Positions 1 to 12,430 of a stretch of DNA of 64,000 nt are shown one piece after another; position 1 is the stretch's first letter, and each line of letters begins with the position of its first letter. Origin of the DNA: Squalus acanthias (lineage: Eukaryota); contig CM059432.1 of the NCBI GenBank assembly GCA_030390025.1, forward strand, positions 96,784,001 through 96,848,000, in the 5' to 3' direction. The translations under genes and the position numbers were made by a program. The notes beneath the pieces are model-generated. The model saw only the letters and a list, made by a program, of their open reading frames with translations, was not told the origin of the DNA and made no database searches.

Positions 1-222
1 CATACCAACAATCTCTGTCAATCAGGACTCATATCTAACATTTGTAGCTTCACCTCACCCTCACACGTTTAGCACAGCTACAAGCCTCACACCCACATCT
101 CACAGCTTAAACACACTGCTAGTTATAACCATATACAACCATAACAGCTATACAACCATAACAGCCACATCATCCAAACAGATTGCACCACACTCATTGA
201 CACATGTCCCTCTCTCTTGCAG

Positions 223-1504
223 GACAAGGTGGTGCAGAACCAGAGGCAGCAAGAGCCAACCGGTGGGGAACAGGCATGCCTGCATAACCTTACCCCCATG
301 GAGGAAATGGTGCTGGCCATTACTGGAACGGCCATTGCTGTGGCCATGGCCATCAGCATGGCTAAAACCATAGAAGATGACAGTATCCTCATACCTAATC
401 CTCCTTCTCACATCCCACTTCTCCCTCATCCCACAATCTCTTCTGATTTACAAGCTGCAGATGGTGTAAACATGCACCTCTTGCTTTCCCCGCCTCCCCT
501 CACCACAAAGTTACCCTTGTGCCTTTCTCCTTTTAGATACCCAAGAACTGCAACTTGGGCAGGCAGTGATGGAAGAGCAACAAAACAGTGATAATGAAGA
601 AACACCGTCACTCGATTTCACACTCGCAGCCACCAGCTCAGATAATGACACTGCGCATAATTTAGAAGAGAGCATAGAGGCGGGGGCTGCACATGGTGAG
701 ATACTGGCATTAGTGGTCTGCAGCCAGGGCAGAAGGCAAGGATAGTGCAGGTGCCAGCTCGCTGGAGGGCGAGGTCGAACATGAGTTCTGCTGTAGAGGA
801 ATCAGATGAGGACTTCGATGGTGCAGGCTACAGATGAAGGCTGATGGGTATGCACAACAAAATGCTTGGTGCATTGGCAGGCCTGCCAGAAAGCCTGCGT
901 ACAAAGTCAAGGAGCATGGAGATGTCCGGCACCAACTTGGCACAGGGCTTTGCGCAGAGCTTGGAGCCCATTCTTTCCAGCATGGAAGTGATGGCCAACT
1001 CCATCAACACACTTGGACGCAATCATGATGCAGTGTCTGATGGCCGATGTCTCAGCTTCCATTGCATCACAGACGGAAGCAATCCAATGACTGAGTGCTG
1101 CAGTGGAAGCTCAGACTGCTGATACCATGGCTCTGAATACCATTGTTCAAAGGGTCTTGCAGGGTGTCACAGCAGTCCAGCCATCTACCCTCCAACAGAT
1201 TACTAGGATTGCTGAGGCGCTGCCCCGGGCAAGTGACAGTGGCTCCATAAGGCACGAACCTTCTGTCCTCCCTCAGGATGACAGCATTTGTCCTCGCACC
1301 ACTGCCACTCTGCCAGTGCCTTTACTGTTGCCTGTCAGCCAGTCAGCACAGACTGCTACCTTCCAAGCTGAGGTGGTGCAGTCCGCAGCCGGGCCATCTG
1401 CAGTCTCCTCCACTGAATGCCAAAAGCGTTCCACCAGTCATGCTGCAGCCACTGCGGTAGCACTGCGGAGGAGCACTAGGACAGGCAAGGGCACATGGAA
1501 CTAA
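223..1504 (+). pseudogene. Harbinger Myb/SANT-like accessory gene, exons 2-3 (about 223-382 and 537-1504), disrupted
   Basis: Acceptors ctcttgcag|223 and ccttttag|537. Peptide DKVVQNQRQQEPTGG and C-terminus ALRRSTRTGKG are homologous to the Myb gene pieces at 37.9-39.7 kb and 33.7-33.9 kb. Confidence 0.7.
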
Positions 1505-1697
1505 GGGAATGCATAAGGGTGATTCGTTTACATTTGTATGTAATATGGCATTATTTCATTTATACATTTGGTTTGAAATGTTTATTTTGTGGTGGCTATT
1601 ATTTTTGCATTGTGGCCAAGCGGACGATGTGATGGTCAGTGACAGAGGGAAGGTAAGGAGTGTGGGATTGTTGGTGAATGGGGAATTGAGGTTGCGT

Positions 1698-2854
1698 TTA
1701 CTGGTATCTCACTCGGATGAGCTCTTCACGGACAGGCCGACCAGAAAGGGGCTGTCTAGGTTGCCTCCTCCCTTCCTCTTCCTCCTCTTCCTCTTCCTCC
1801 TCTTCCTCCTGCCCCTCCTCTTCCTCAGCTGCTCGCAATATAGCTGGTGGCAAGGGCCATGCCCTCATGGTGGCGAGGTTGTGCAGCATGCAGCAGACCA
1901 CCATGAATCTTGACACCCCCTCTGTCGAGTACTGCAGGGCTCCTCCAAAGCGGTCCAGGTAGCGGAAGCATTCTTTCAGCAAGGCAATGGGCTGCTCTAT
2001 CACATTTCATGTGGCAGCATGACTCTCACTGTATCCATGCTTCACACCTGTTGTGCACCGGAGTGATGAGCCATGTCGTCAGCCTTTGTCACCCTGTAGC
2101 CACCCTTTGCTTTGCCGTGGTGGCTCAAATGCAGGCGGTAGAGCCGACTGCCGCAGAATGAAGGCATCATGACTGCTTCCAGGATACCAGGCATTGACCT
2201 GCATGATTCACTGCCTGTAGTCGCAAACCAGGTGGACGTTGAGGGAGTGGAATCCCTTTCATTTACGGTACATGGTAAAGTTGACATATGGTGCCCACAA
2301 AGCGATGTGCGTGCAGTCAATGGCACCCTGCACCATGGGGATGCCTGCAATCCTTGCAAACCCTCGTGCTTGCTCCGTCTGCTGCTCTCTGACAAGAGAG
2401 AATGAAATGTAGTCAGCTCTCTTTGAATAGAGAGCCTCAGTAACTTCCCTTACTCAGCAGTGGATGGCAAACTGGGAGATGTTGCAAATATCTCCAGCAC
2501 CAGCCTGGAAGGAGCCAGACTCATAAAAGTTAATCGCCACAGTCACCTTCATAGTCACTGGCAATGGGGTCCACAGCCTGCTCTGAGGTTGCAGTTGTGG
2601 CTGCAGCAGGTGACAGATTTCAGTGAGGATGTTCTTAGTGAAGCGCAGATGTCTTACACATTGTTCCTCGCTGAATTTAAGGTAGGAGAATTGCTCCCTG
2701 AACACCCTGGGTGGATATCGCCTCCTGCTGAGAGCCCTTCTCCCCCTCCCCCTTCTCCTCCTCCCTCTTCCTGCAGCTTGTCCTGCTCAGCATGGCCTCT
2801 GTTCATTCTCCAAGTCATGTTGTATTTCAAGGGAATTCCTATGAGTGCACCCAT
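1698..2854 (-). pseudogene. HARBI1-like DDE transposase, frameshifted
   Basis: Fragments SEEQCVRHLRFTK, NFYESGSFQ and FRYLDRFGGALQY..VVCCMLHN, followed by a poly-Glu C-terminal tract. Confidence 0.9.
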
Positions 2855-3390
2855 GTCTGTCAGCAAGTGGTTTGCGCAGAGGCCTTGAAGTCAGGAAAAA
2901 ATCCTTCAGCACCTGCCACACCACTCTCTGTAGACTTTCACAACTTGAAACAACTATAGAAAGCACCAAACACTTGTAGAATCATACAAACAGCCAGAAG
3001 ATCTCAACCAGCAACTGACCTGTAAGTAGCTGATTCCTATTAAAAAAAAGCACTGCTTGGGGGGGTCCTCCCTGTTGCTGAACGCGTGTTTAGCTGAGCG
3101 AGCTTAAGAGTGTGCGTTAGCTGAAACGTTGAGCTCCAAAATGTCAGTGTTGGCGTCAAATCAGCATTGCATGCTGATTGACATCACAATCCGCCTACTC
3201 TGCATACTTAAGGTGGACGCTCATTGCATGCGCGCACTAATATGGCGTCCGGTGCAATTCGCCTCACAAGTGAGCGTGCTTGCATCGGATGTCATTTTGG
3301 CACCCAAACGGAACCCGTAGCAACAAAACAGCGGGTGTTACTGATCCGAATTTGGCACCCTACATATGTTACATTGCTCCTGTAATAATC

Positions 3391-3623
3391 ACTATATGGC
3401 ATAGAATTGGATACAAACCTCCACATGAACGATCAGTCCAATAATACTCCTGGGAAATGAATGTAATCGCCTCTAAACTGCTTGGAACTGGATGCAGACA
3501 TTTCCTACCTTCAGATCTATTAATCTGCGAGTAGGACGAGAGATGGTAAATTCATACTCTGCATCAGATTACTAAAGGTTAGCTGTCCCTTTATTACAGC
3601 ATCATTCAAAATAGACCCATACT
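3391..3623 (+). repeat. Old dispersed repeat, copy 1 (possible ancient LINE RT relic)
   Basis: Aligns with 10261-10480 over about 220 bp. Decayed reading GIELDTNL...LQIY..DGKFILW. Confidence 0.55.
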
Positions 3624-3625
3624 AG

Positions 3626-4520
3626 GGGGGAGAAATTCAGTATTGCCCCGTTTGGGCCGCAATTATCGGCCGGGTGCAAAGATTAGCGGCTGGCGTTAAT
3701 TATCGCCTCCGACTGCAAACTTGACTTTTATCGCCCCTGGAGGTGATTGGAGCGCTAAATCAGGTGCTACACATCAGTCTTAAGGCGCAAAGGCCGAGGA
3801 GCGAGGCGCTAACTCAGAGCGCTGGCGAAGCTCGTGTGATGTCAGTCAGCAATGGAACACAGACACAATGGCGCTGGCCAATTCTTAAAGGGGAGGGTTG
3901 ATCTTGCTTTCCATCCACATCCTGCTCATTGCAGCCTTGAATCTCGGCCTGGAGAGACCTGTACATCAAATCTGCTGGAAAGAACAATGGAGAGTACCAG
4001 GGAAAGAGCTCAGAATGCAACCCCCACAGTCTCTTCTAAATCGATACAAGGAAGGGCAAATCAAAATGAACCTGCAAAGTCCTGCTCAGTACCCAAAACT
4101 CCTTCACACAGCGTTTAATCTCTCCAGAAGTCTCTCTCTCTCTCTCTCTCAGAATGCGTGGTTCAAAAATGTCACCAACAAAAAAAGGCAGGAAGCGGTC
4201 GCCTTTAAATAGCACTCCCCCAGTCCCTTCCTGACTGCAAAATGCTCCCCTCAACCTATCGTTGCTAGCGGCAGGCGATAGGGCAGGGGGTGCCACTCAA
4301 TATCCGCTCCGGGGCGCTACCGGGGCGTTACACACTCGACTGATGTCACGATCTGCCGGCGCAGGAGATCATGGCGGTAGTGTTTAGCGCCATCGCAAAA
4401 TGTCTAGTTAATTTCGCGAGCGGCGCAAACATCGCTGCGCCCGGGCGCTAGTTACTTTGCGCCCCATTAGCGCCCTCTTAAGGCGCTACCGGGAGGCGCA
4501 ACCAACTGAATTTTTCCCCC
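3626..4520. mobile_element. Non-autonomous Harbinger (MITE-like)
   Basis: TIRs GGGGGAGAAATTCAGT / ACTGAATTTTTCCCCC, TAG duplicated on both sides, repeated GGCGCTA motifs. Related to 40620-41332. Confidence 0.9.
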
Positions 4521-5275
4521 TAGATATTTTACTTCAGCCCTGCTTCTTGGCCCTCAAGGAATCCATACAAACATTTAAAAACCATACCTATCTTAGCCTC
4601 TTCTGGCCACTCTGGTGCCTCCCGCCAGGTGTCACTGACTGTTTTTGCACTGTGCGGGTCTTCTGCGATTTTAAGTTGAAATCACACAGAGGCGACAATG
4701 TCATCATCCGGCTGCGACTTTCACATTTTAATTAGGCCTCTGCCTGCCTGTGGTGGGTGTCCCACATGCTGCTGAAATCCCGACACTTAAAATCGTGGGG
4801 AGCAGGAACGCTGTGGGAACACAGCGATTTCCTCCCGGCTGCCATTTAAAGCCCTGGCCTGCACCACCCCCCCCACCCACACTCCCCACCTACCACCACC
4901 CCCCCACCCCCCACTGCCCCCAAGGCAGGCTGGATTAAAATCAGCCTTCTCTATTAGATATCTTTGAAATAAACAGAAAAAAATAACTATTTTAATACAA
5001 GCACTGACACATAAATACGTGTCATAAATAATGGTTGATAAATTTGACAATGAATTTTCAAATACATCAATATTTGCATGGATATCTAGTGAAATAAAAA
5101 TTCCATCATATAAATAACCTAAATGAGTGGGATGAAGCATATAATAGAGTTTCTGAATACAGCAATCTATCACGAACTCCATTGCCACTCATTGAAAACA
5201 AACTTGTTTTTCACAGAAAGTGGCAGAATATTTCAATTCTTTCACTTCACAATTCTAATATAATTCAAAACTCTT

Positions 5276-6000
5276 GGCCCTAAAATTGCAGTCGGCGGCA
5301 TAGCTAAGGAGTATGGCTGCCGACCTCCGAAAGAAATCTGCACTTACCTGGTGCGAGGCCCCAAATGCAAACTTGTTTTGAAATGCTGCAGAGTTGTGTG
5401 CAGCGTAGTTGCCCACGGATCCCAGGGGCGCACCATTGTGCGTAAACGTACCTGGGATCACGGGGGCGGTGAGCCTTTCACTAGCCAATCAGGAAACAGA
5501 AATTTCAGATGCCCGACATCAATCAAATTTTAAATTAAACGGCGTGAATATTTATTTGTCAAGTGCAGTACTTGGCTTTAAAAAGCACAGGGAATACTTT
5601 GGATGTAAGTACAGTTATTTAATGGAAGGCTCTGCAAGATTAAAAAAAATTAAAAAAATCTCATCCCTCAAATCGAGTCTTTACAGCTGCCTGGTAGATT
5701 GATACACAGTGCTTTTATGTGTTTGTTTTTAATCATTTAGACAATTTTCTCACCGCCCCCCCCCCCTTATGCTGTGCAAACAAGCTCCTGTGCCTGTTTG
5801 CACCAGCCAAATTTTTCCAGCATAATTGATGCGCAGTTGGTGGGCAATTAGCCCAACCCTACACCAGCACATCATTTCAAATGAGGACTCGACATCCGCA
5901 GGGGATGATCTGTCTAATCGGAACTTGACAGGTCAATTTCAAAGGCGGTATGATGGCGTACTCTGAGAGTACGCCATCATACCGATCGCAAATTCTGCCC
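5276..6000 (-). mobile_element. Palindrome-bearing MITE, divergent inverted relative of the 7563 and 17729 copies
   Basis: Imperfect TIRs GGCCCTAAAATTGC / GCAAATTCTGCCC. The ATCCCAGG..CCTGGGAT hairpin plus CCAAT segment matches the reverse complement of 8108-8172. Confidence 0.65.
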
Positions 6001-6024
6001 CATTTTCTCTCTATGGCTTTGATA

Positions 6025-7332
6025 GTTACGGGACGGGTGTGGGGGAAGCTGAAAATGGGTGAAGAACCTGGCAAGGCCGGGGACGTGGAAGTCCTACCAA
6101 ACTTAACGACAGCCTGGACCATGGCCGGTAGGGAAAACCAATGGCAGGAGGCCACAGGCAGGGACTCTGGGGGACGGTCCCCGGCAATCGGGAGGGGGGA
6201 AGGTTGGCCATCGTGGCTTGTGGCAGGAAAGATCATACATCAGGACTGGAGGGAGAGAGAGGTCATTGCGGCAAGGGGGTGAGAGGCGCAGCAATCAGCA
6301 GCAGGGAAGCTGATAGCGTTTGAGGGGTCAGGGGAAGCATTCTTGTTCCTCCTGGCCCACAAGGAGTGCTGGAAAAATCACTTACCCTGTGAAGCTGGTA
6401 GCTCCTGCTTCCCTTTCACTGCTGGGTATTCCGACACTTGGGAAACCCGCATAGCAACAGTAAATTTTAAATTGGGCTCCCATTTGCATTTTGGGAGTCT
6501 GATTTTAGTATATTAATGAAGTGGCCCGCATCTCCACAGTGGGACACTCAGATGCCCCGATACCCACCGCCTTTGGCACGTGTGGGACGGGTTGAGGACA
6601 CGTGCCCCATATTTAAGTCTTTAACCACCCCCCACCCCCGACCCTCTCCTGCCGTCATGGGTGATGGGATGGGGGTGGGCATTAATATCGAGGTCAATGT
6701 GTCTCTTGCAAACACATGGGCCCTAATTTTAACTCCTCCGCCTGGCGGCAATCGATCTGGGGTCAGTTAAAATGAGGGCAATCACTTAGCGCCTTTAATC
6801 TCGCTTCCTTGCTGCCCTGTCCTGATGTTAACCTCCTCTTTTGAGCAGGTGAGCCGGACACCTGCAGGAAGGAAGCGGGGTCCTTCCTTAACTGTGCAGA
6901 TTTTAATCAAAGTCACTGCAATTTTAATCAACGGCCTGAGGGGAGGAGCAGTGATGGATTTCTCTTCAGGCCGGAGGATCGTGGGTCAGAATAGGCCTGG
7001 GCAGGTAAGTTTTAAAATTAAATTTTAGGTTCCCTTACGGGACAGGAGGAGCAGGAGTGTTCCTTTGGGCCTCTTGAGGAAGCCCTGGGCCTCCCTCTCC
7101 CCGGGCTCCACCCCCCACCACAACGGGACCGTTCCCACGGCTGCGGCCTCCTGCCGCCGAATTCCCGCTCTCGCCCTCCGGCCAGGAAGTGGAGCTAGCC
7201 TGGTTCAGACGGGACTCTGGGAAAATTTATGGAAACGAGGCCTGGTCGTTAAGGTTGGCCTCGCCTCTGCGTCTTTCGCCCACTTCGGGGCTTGCACGCA
7301 CTGTACCGAAGCCCCCTTTAAAATCTGGGTCC
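6025..7332. mobile_element. GC-rich MITE-like fragments, at least two elements
   Basis: Ends TTAAAATGAGGGC (about 6779) and TTAAAATCTGGGTCC (about 7332) resemble Harbinger-type termini. Internal similarity to 11896-12430. Confidence 0.45.
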
Positions 7333-7562
7333 ATGTCTGATTTCAGAAAACACAGGTGAACCCTAAATAGATAGAGAGCTTAGGGTGACAATATGACCAA
7401 GTCGAAGCTGAGGAACAACCCCAGATATGAATGTGGAGCATCTTGGCAAACACTTGAACACTGCCTGAGGTAGCATCCCACAAAATGCTGTATGTCCGAG
7501 GAGCTATTTGAGATAAATGACAACACTAGGTCGTGGCTGCAGTTTTGGAGTGACGAGCTATG

Positions 7563-8313
7563 GGGGCAGAAATTCGTCTGTTGTCGGGTGAGTACACACT
7601 ATGTACTCACCCGTGGACGGAACGAAAGTGCCGGTTTCTTGCATGCACTGCGCATGCGCGGGAAACCGGCACTTTGAGGAAAGGGGTTCAGAGGTCGAAC
7701 GCGCACGCCGGAGGGCGAGCGCGTTTGCCTCGCATTTTGGATTTTTTTACAGGTTCCTCCGTGAAGGTAAGCACGGAGAAGATACACTTTGGAAAAGGAT
7801 GCGCAAGGCCTTCTTTTAACAAGGTAAGTGTTGATTTTATTAAAATTTCAACAGTTTTTTCACAGATTTATCTTTTTTAATTACTTTAAAGAAAGGTAAG
7901 TTTAGTTTTAGCCCCATTAAAAAATTTAATTAATTTTTTCAAAAATTTTAATTTTTGTTTAAAATAGTTAATTAATGTAATTTATAGTTATTTTAAAAAT
8001 GTGATTTTTTTTTTATTTATTTGTAGTTTTAGGGATGTTTTGGGGCCGATCTGTATTCATAGATTTGACAGGTCCTGTCAAATCTATGAATGAAAGATGG
8101 TCGGCTGCCATTGGCTCTCCATGGCCCACATGATCCCAGGAGACGCATCGCACTAACTACGCCCCTGGGATACACAAGCACTGCGCGCCGGCAGCTGCAG
8201 GAGGCCCAGGAGCTGAAGTCCCCGTGGGCCCAGAGGTCAACGGCAGGCGCGGTAGGTAGGTGCGCGCGCGATCCTTGCACCCGCGGGAAGCCAGGGAGCC
8301 GAATTTCTGGCCC
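7563..8313 (+). mobile_element. Palindrome-bearing MITE (Harbinger-like, 3-bp TSD)
   Basis: TIRs GGGGCAGAAATTCG / CGAATTTCTGGCCC, ATG duplication, colinear with 17729-18470. Confidence 0.9.
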
Positions 8314-8731
8314 ATGATGAATTCAAAGCGCATGATAAAAGCTTCTACTATCTATTTCAGATTCTAGAGATTGCATCAGAAAATACAATTCAAGATCCTT
8401 TGTGATTTTAATTTAAAGGTCCAGAAATACAAATACTTGTTTCTGAAATTCTAATCCTGCTGCCTTCAGCTAAGACACATACCTCCCAAACCACCCAACG
8501 AACTCAGGCACTTTCCATGTTATGCACTCTCCAGATTGTCCTAGAACCTCCAAGAATTAAAGATTAATCTCCTGGGCACTGCTGCGAGCAACCCGAGTGA
8601 AAAATCATAGTGGCATTTTTTTAAAATGTGTGTTTCTAGCATTTTCTTTGAACACATTCATTAGGGGGGTGACTTCAATGTCCATCACCAAGCGTGGCTC
8701 GGTAGCATCGCTACTGACCGAGCTGGCCAGT

Positions 8732-9940
8732 CCTCATTACAGCCTTGGTCCAAACATGGACAATAAAGCTGAATTCCAGAGGTGAGATGAGAGTGACTGA
8801 CCTTGACATCAAGGCAGCATTTGATCAAGTGTGGCATCAAGGAGCCCGAGTAAAATTGAAGTCAATGGGCATCAGGGGAAAGACTCGCCACTGGCTGGAG
8901 TCATACCTAGCACAAAGGAAGATGGTTGTGGTTGTTGGAGGCCAATCATCGCAGCCCCAGGACATCGCTGCAGGAGTTCCTCAGGGCAGTGTCCTAGGCC
9001 CAACCATCTTCAGCAGCTTCATCAACGACCTTCCCTCCATCATAAGGTCAGAAGTGGAGATGTTCACTGATGATTTCACAGTGTTCAGTTCCATTTGCAA
9101 CGTCTCAGATAACAAGACCTGGACGACATTCAGGCTTAGGTTGATAAGTGGCAAGTAACATTCGCATCATACAAGTGCCAGGCAATGACTATCTCCAACA
9201 AGAGAGCATCTAACCACTGCCCCTTGACATTCAACGGCATTACCATCGCCGAATTCCCCACCATCAACATCCTGGGGGGTCACCATTGACCCGAAACTTA
9301 ACTGGACCAGCCACATTAATACCATGACTACAAAAGCAAGTCAGAGGCTGGGTATGCTGCGACGAGTGTCTCACCTCCTGACTCCCCAAAGGTTTTCCAC
9401 CATCTACAAGGCACAAGTCAGGAGTGTGATGGAATACTCTCCACTTGCCTGGATGAGTGCAGCTCCAACAACACTCAAGAAGCTTGACACCATCCAGGAC
9501 AAAGCAGCCCGTTTGATTGACATTGAATCCACCATCTTAAACATTCCCTCCCTCCACCACCGGCATACCGTGGCTGCAGTGTGAACCATCTACAAGATGC
9601 ACTGCAGCAACTCACCACGGCATCTTTGACAGCACCTCCCAAATCCGCGACCACTTCCACCTAGAAGGACAAGGGCAGCAGGTGCATGGGAACACCATCA
9701 TCTCCAAGCTCCCCTCCAGGTTACACACCATCCTAACAATATATATCGCCGTTCCTTCATAGTCGCTGGGTCAAAATTCTGGAACTCCCTCCCTAACAGC
9801 ACTATGGGAGTATCTTCACCACACGGACTGCAGCGGTTCAAGAAGGCGGCTCACCACCACCTTCTCAAGGGCAACTAGGGATGGGCAATAAACACTGGCC
9901 TTGCCAGCGATGCCCACATCCCAGGATCGAATAAAAAAAT
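8732..9940 (+). mobile_element. 5'-truncated LINE of the CR1/L2 group, family B
   Basis: RT motifs [21 protein letters not shown] and FTDD. The 3' tail GATGGGCAATAAA..CCCACATCCC is shared with four other copies. Confidence 0.9.
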
Positions 9941-10260
9941 TAATTTATTGGTTAGAAAAATATTGGAAATAGGGAAAAAAGGCTGATTGACTCAATGGGG
10001 TGGTTGGAGGTGGGAGGTCACATGATGAAACCTCCAGGAATACATCCAACCAGAGTTGGTAATCCTAAATTGTAGACTCACCTCGCAGTGCTAGAGATGA
10101 GCAAAAGAGAATTTCTGCTGCCCCCACCCTAGCCCAACCGATCAGTCTATCCAAATCATTGGAGAATACTGATATATATAATCAGCTCCACAGCAGCAGC
10201 GACTGGATCACTGACTGATTACTCAGCCCACCAACACCAGAAAAAAAATGTGCCGTTATC

Positions 10261-10480
10261 TCTATGTGGCATAGAATTGGATACAAACCTCTACCAGGAC
10301 AATCAGTCCACTAACACTCTGGGGAAACGGATGTATTCACCTCTAGACTGCAAGGGACTGGATGCAGACATTTTTTCCTTCAAATCTATTAATCTGCGAT
10401 GGCAAATTCATACTCTGGCATCAGATCGCTAAAGGTCATCTGTCCCTTTATTACAGCACCATGGAAAATGGACCCATACT
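10261..10480 (+). repeat. Old dispersed repeat, copy 2
   Basis: Homologous to 3391-3623 (GGCATAGAATTGGATACAAACCT ... CTGTCCCTTTATTACAGC ... GACCCATACT). Confidence 0.55.
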
Positions 10481-11714
10481 CTCCTATTAACTCACTAATA
10501 ATTAGATTTACTCTCCTCCAACAGATCAACAGTGACAACAAATACATAATTAGTTACAATTGATCAAACGCCATTTATTAGATTAGCATTTTTTTTAAAA
10601 GCTACAATAAATAGCACTAGTGAATTAAATTTATTATTTCTTTCCTAAAGTATAAATATAGGATGTATTTTTTTTCTCTAGACCCTATAATACCAAAATC
10701 TTTTATTTTTAGCTGGGCTCTAACTCTATTCTGAAACTGTATCTCAGATGATATGAGATTGTGTGATTCATTCCACGCAATTACACACTGCTGTTTTGAA
10801 GTTTGGGAACTGTTGCTGGCTTGTTTTAATGTATGAAAATAGATTGCTCCCAATTCATTGTAATTCAATATGTGCTTCTTCTATGAGCAAAACCATGCTA
10901 GTCATTTCCATCTGGTCATAATCCTATCTTTTCACCATTTTCTTGCCATAACTCAATACCCCAAACAATTTGAACTAACCTAATGTGAAGGACCTTTAGC
11001 TGAACTTGTGAACAATCACTTGGAAATGGTAACAATCACTGTCAATAAGGAAGTGATCATTCTGCAGTTTACTGCTTAAGTTTTGCTTGTAGTGATATGC
11101 AGTGAAATAAATAATTATCCCTTACATGATGACGGGGCTATTTCTGGTTCTTTAATCTCGGATTACTATTGACACACTCTACTTGGTGCATCAGATAATA
11201 GTCCTAAATACGAGCTGGATAAACATTGGGGTTGTCTCTTTTCAACTTGCTAACATAGTTTAAAAAATATTTTTAAAGTTAGATGTACTCTTGCCAATTA
11301 TTACACGGAATAAATTGTTCCTTGATTAGATAAATCAAATGTATTAATTACTTCAGACCTTGCTCCATTCTTTAAATAAGCTTAATGACCTTCATCCCAA
11401 TCTTTTAATGCAACTGGTTAAGCAAAAGAACGGTTTATTGGCAATCCTGGTCCCACTAGACCTACTGGTAACTGTGTTGATTTATCAATTTTATTAAATA
11501 GAGGTAGTAAAATGCAATCTGCTATGACACACATATATTTCTACAGCTGAAATGATTGGTTTGGAGGAAGAAAATGGCAGAATGGAACTCAGTAATTGTT
11601 GTCATTATAGAATTCTAATTCTTAGCGGAAATGCTGGAATATTTATACGGGGATTCTAGGGTAGGATGTCACCCTGTTTTGAAAATAAAGCTGGCTGACT
11701 TGTTCTGGGACATT

Positions 11715-11849
11715 GGGGTAGATTGTCATCCTACCGTCTTGGCGTGAAACCGCGGTTGTGGATTGGCTGCCCGTTATACAAAGCATCTGATTTTCACGGG
11801 CGGTTTCTGCAACAGGGGACTGCTGAGCAGTAAGTTGAAAATCTACCCC
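11715..11849. mobile_element. 135-bp MITE
   Basis: TIRs GGGGTAGATTGTCA / TGAAAATCTACCCC, flanks ATT and AGT, internal GAAACCGC..GCGGTTTC inverted repeat. Confidence 0.75.
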
Positions 11850-11895
11850 AGTATCTCTTACCTGTATACTTACTGGATGGGTTTCAAAAATGGAG

Positions 11896-12430
11896 GGGTC
11901 GATTCTAACCGACAGGGGAATCTTTAAAATGGAGCGATATGCCTTACCGCCCAGTTCCTGCTGGAATATCATTGCAGTTGGTCGGCTCAAGCAGCTGCTT
12001 AAAGCAGATGGGAGCCTCATGACTGAATGCAAATTGCGGTCCTATTACATCACTGGGACCACCATTGCATTTTAACCTGGACCTGAGTGGGGAAACTGCC
12101 ATGTGTCCCGTCAGGTGAAGGCAGGTGTCTGGAAGGACAGAAAGGCCCTCTGAGGTAAGTGAAAAACTTTCCTTTTATGGGGCCAGCAGGAGCAAGAGAG
12201 CCCCTCTAGGCCTCACGCGGAAAATCATGGCCTCCCCTATCCCGGACTCGCACCCCTCCTTCCCCTAAGACCATCCCAAAATCCCTTCCTCTCCCTGGCA
12301 CTCTCCCCTAGCCAGGCAATCTTCAGCCACTAGTGGCATAAGCAGCAGAGAACTGCCATCAGCAGGGAAATGAGACAACCGCCCCCTGACCTCGAAAAGT
12401 CCATTAGGATCAGCGGCGAGGTTCGCGGCG
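11896..12430. mobile_element. MITE-like fragment
   Basis: Starts GGGGTCGATTCTAAC. The internal GGTAAGT..CAGGAGCA segment resembles 6990-7080. Confidence 0.45.

Larger units (their letters stand above)
1..3360. mobile_element. PIF/Harbinger transposon, decayed, left end outside the window
   Basis: Convergent Myb/SANT-like gene (+) and DDE transposase (-). Right end CCGAATTTGGCACCC (reverse complement GGGTGCCAAATTCGG) resembles the other GGG..AATT termini in the window. Confidence 0.85.

Noticed and set aside
4787..5188. 133-aa ORF, and the similar 103-aa ORF at 18865-19176, as host genes
   Set aside because: No recognisable domain or splice support. The first runs into repeat sequence.
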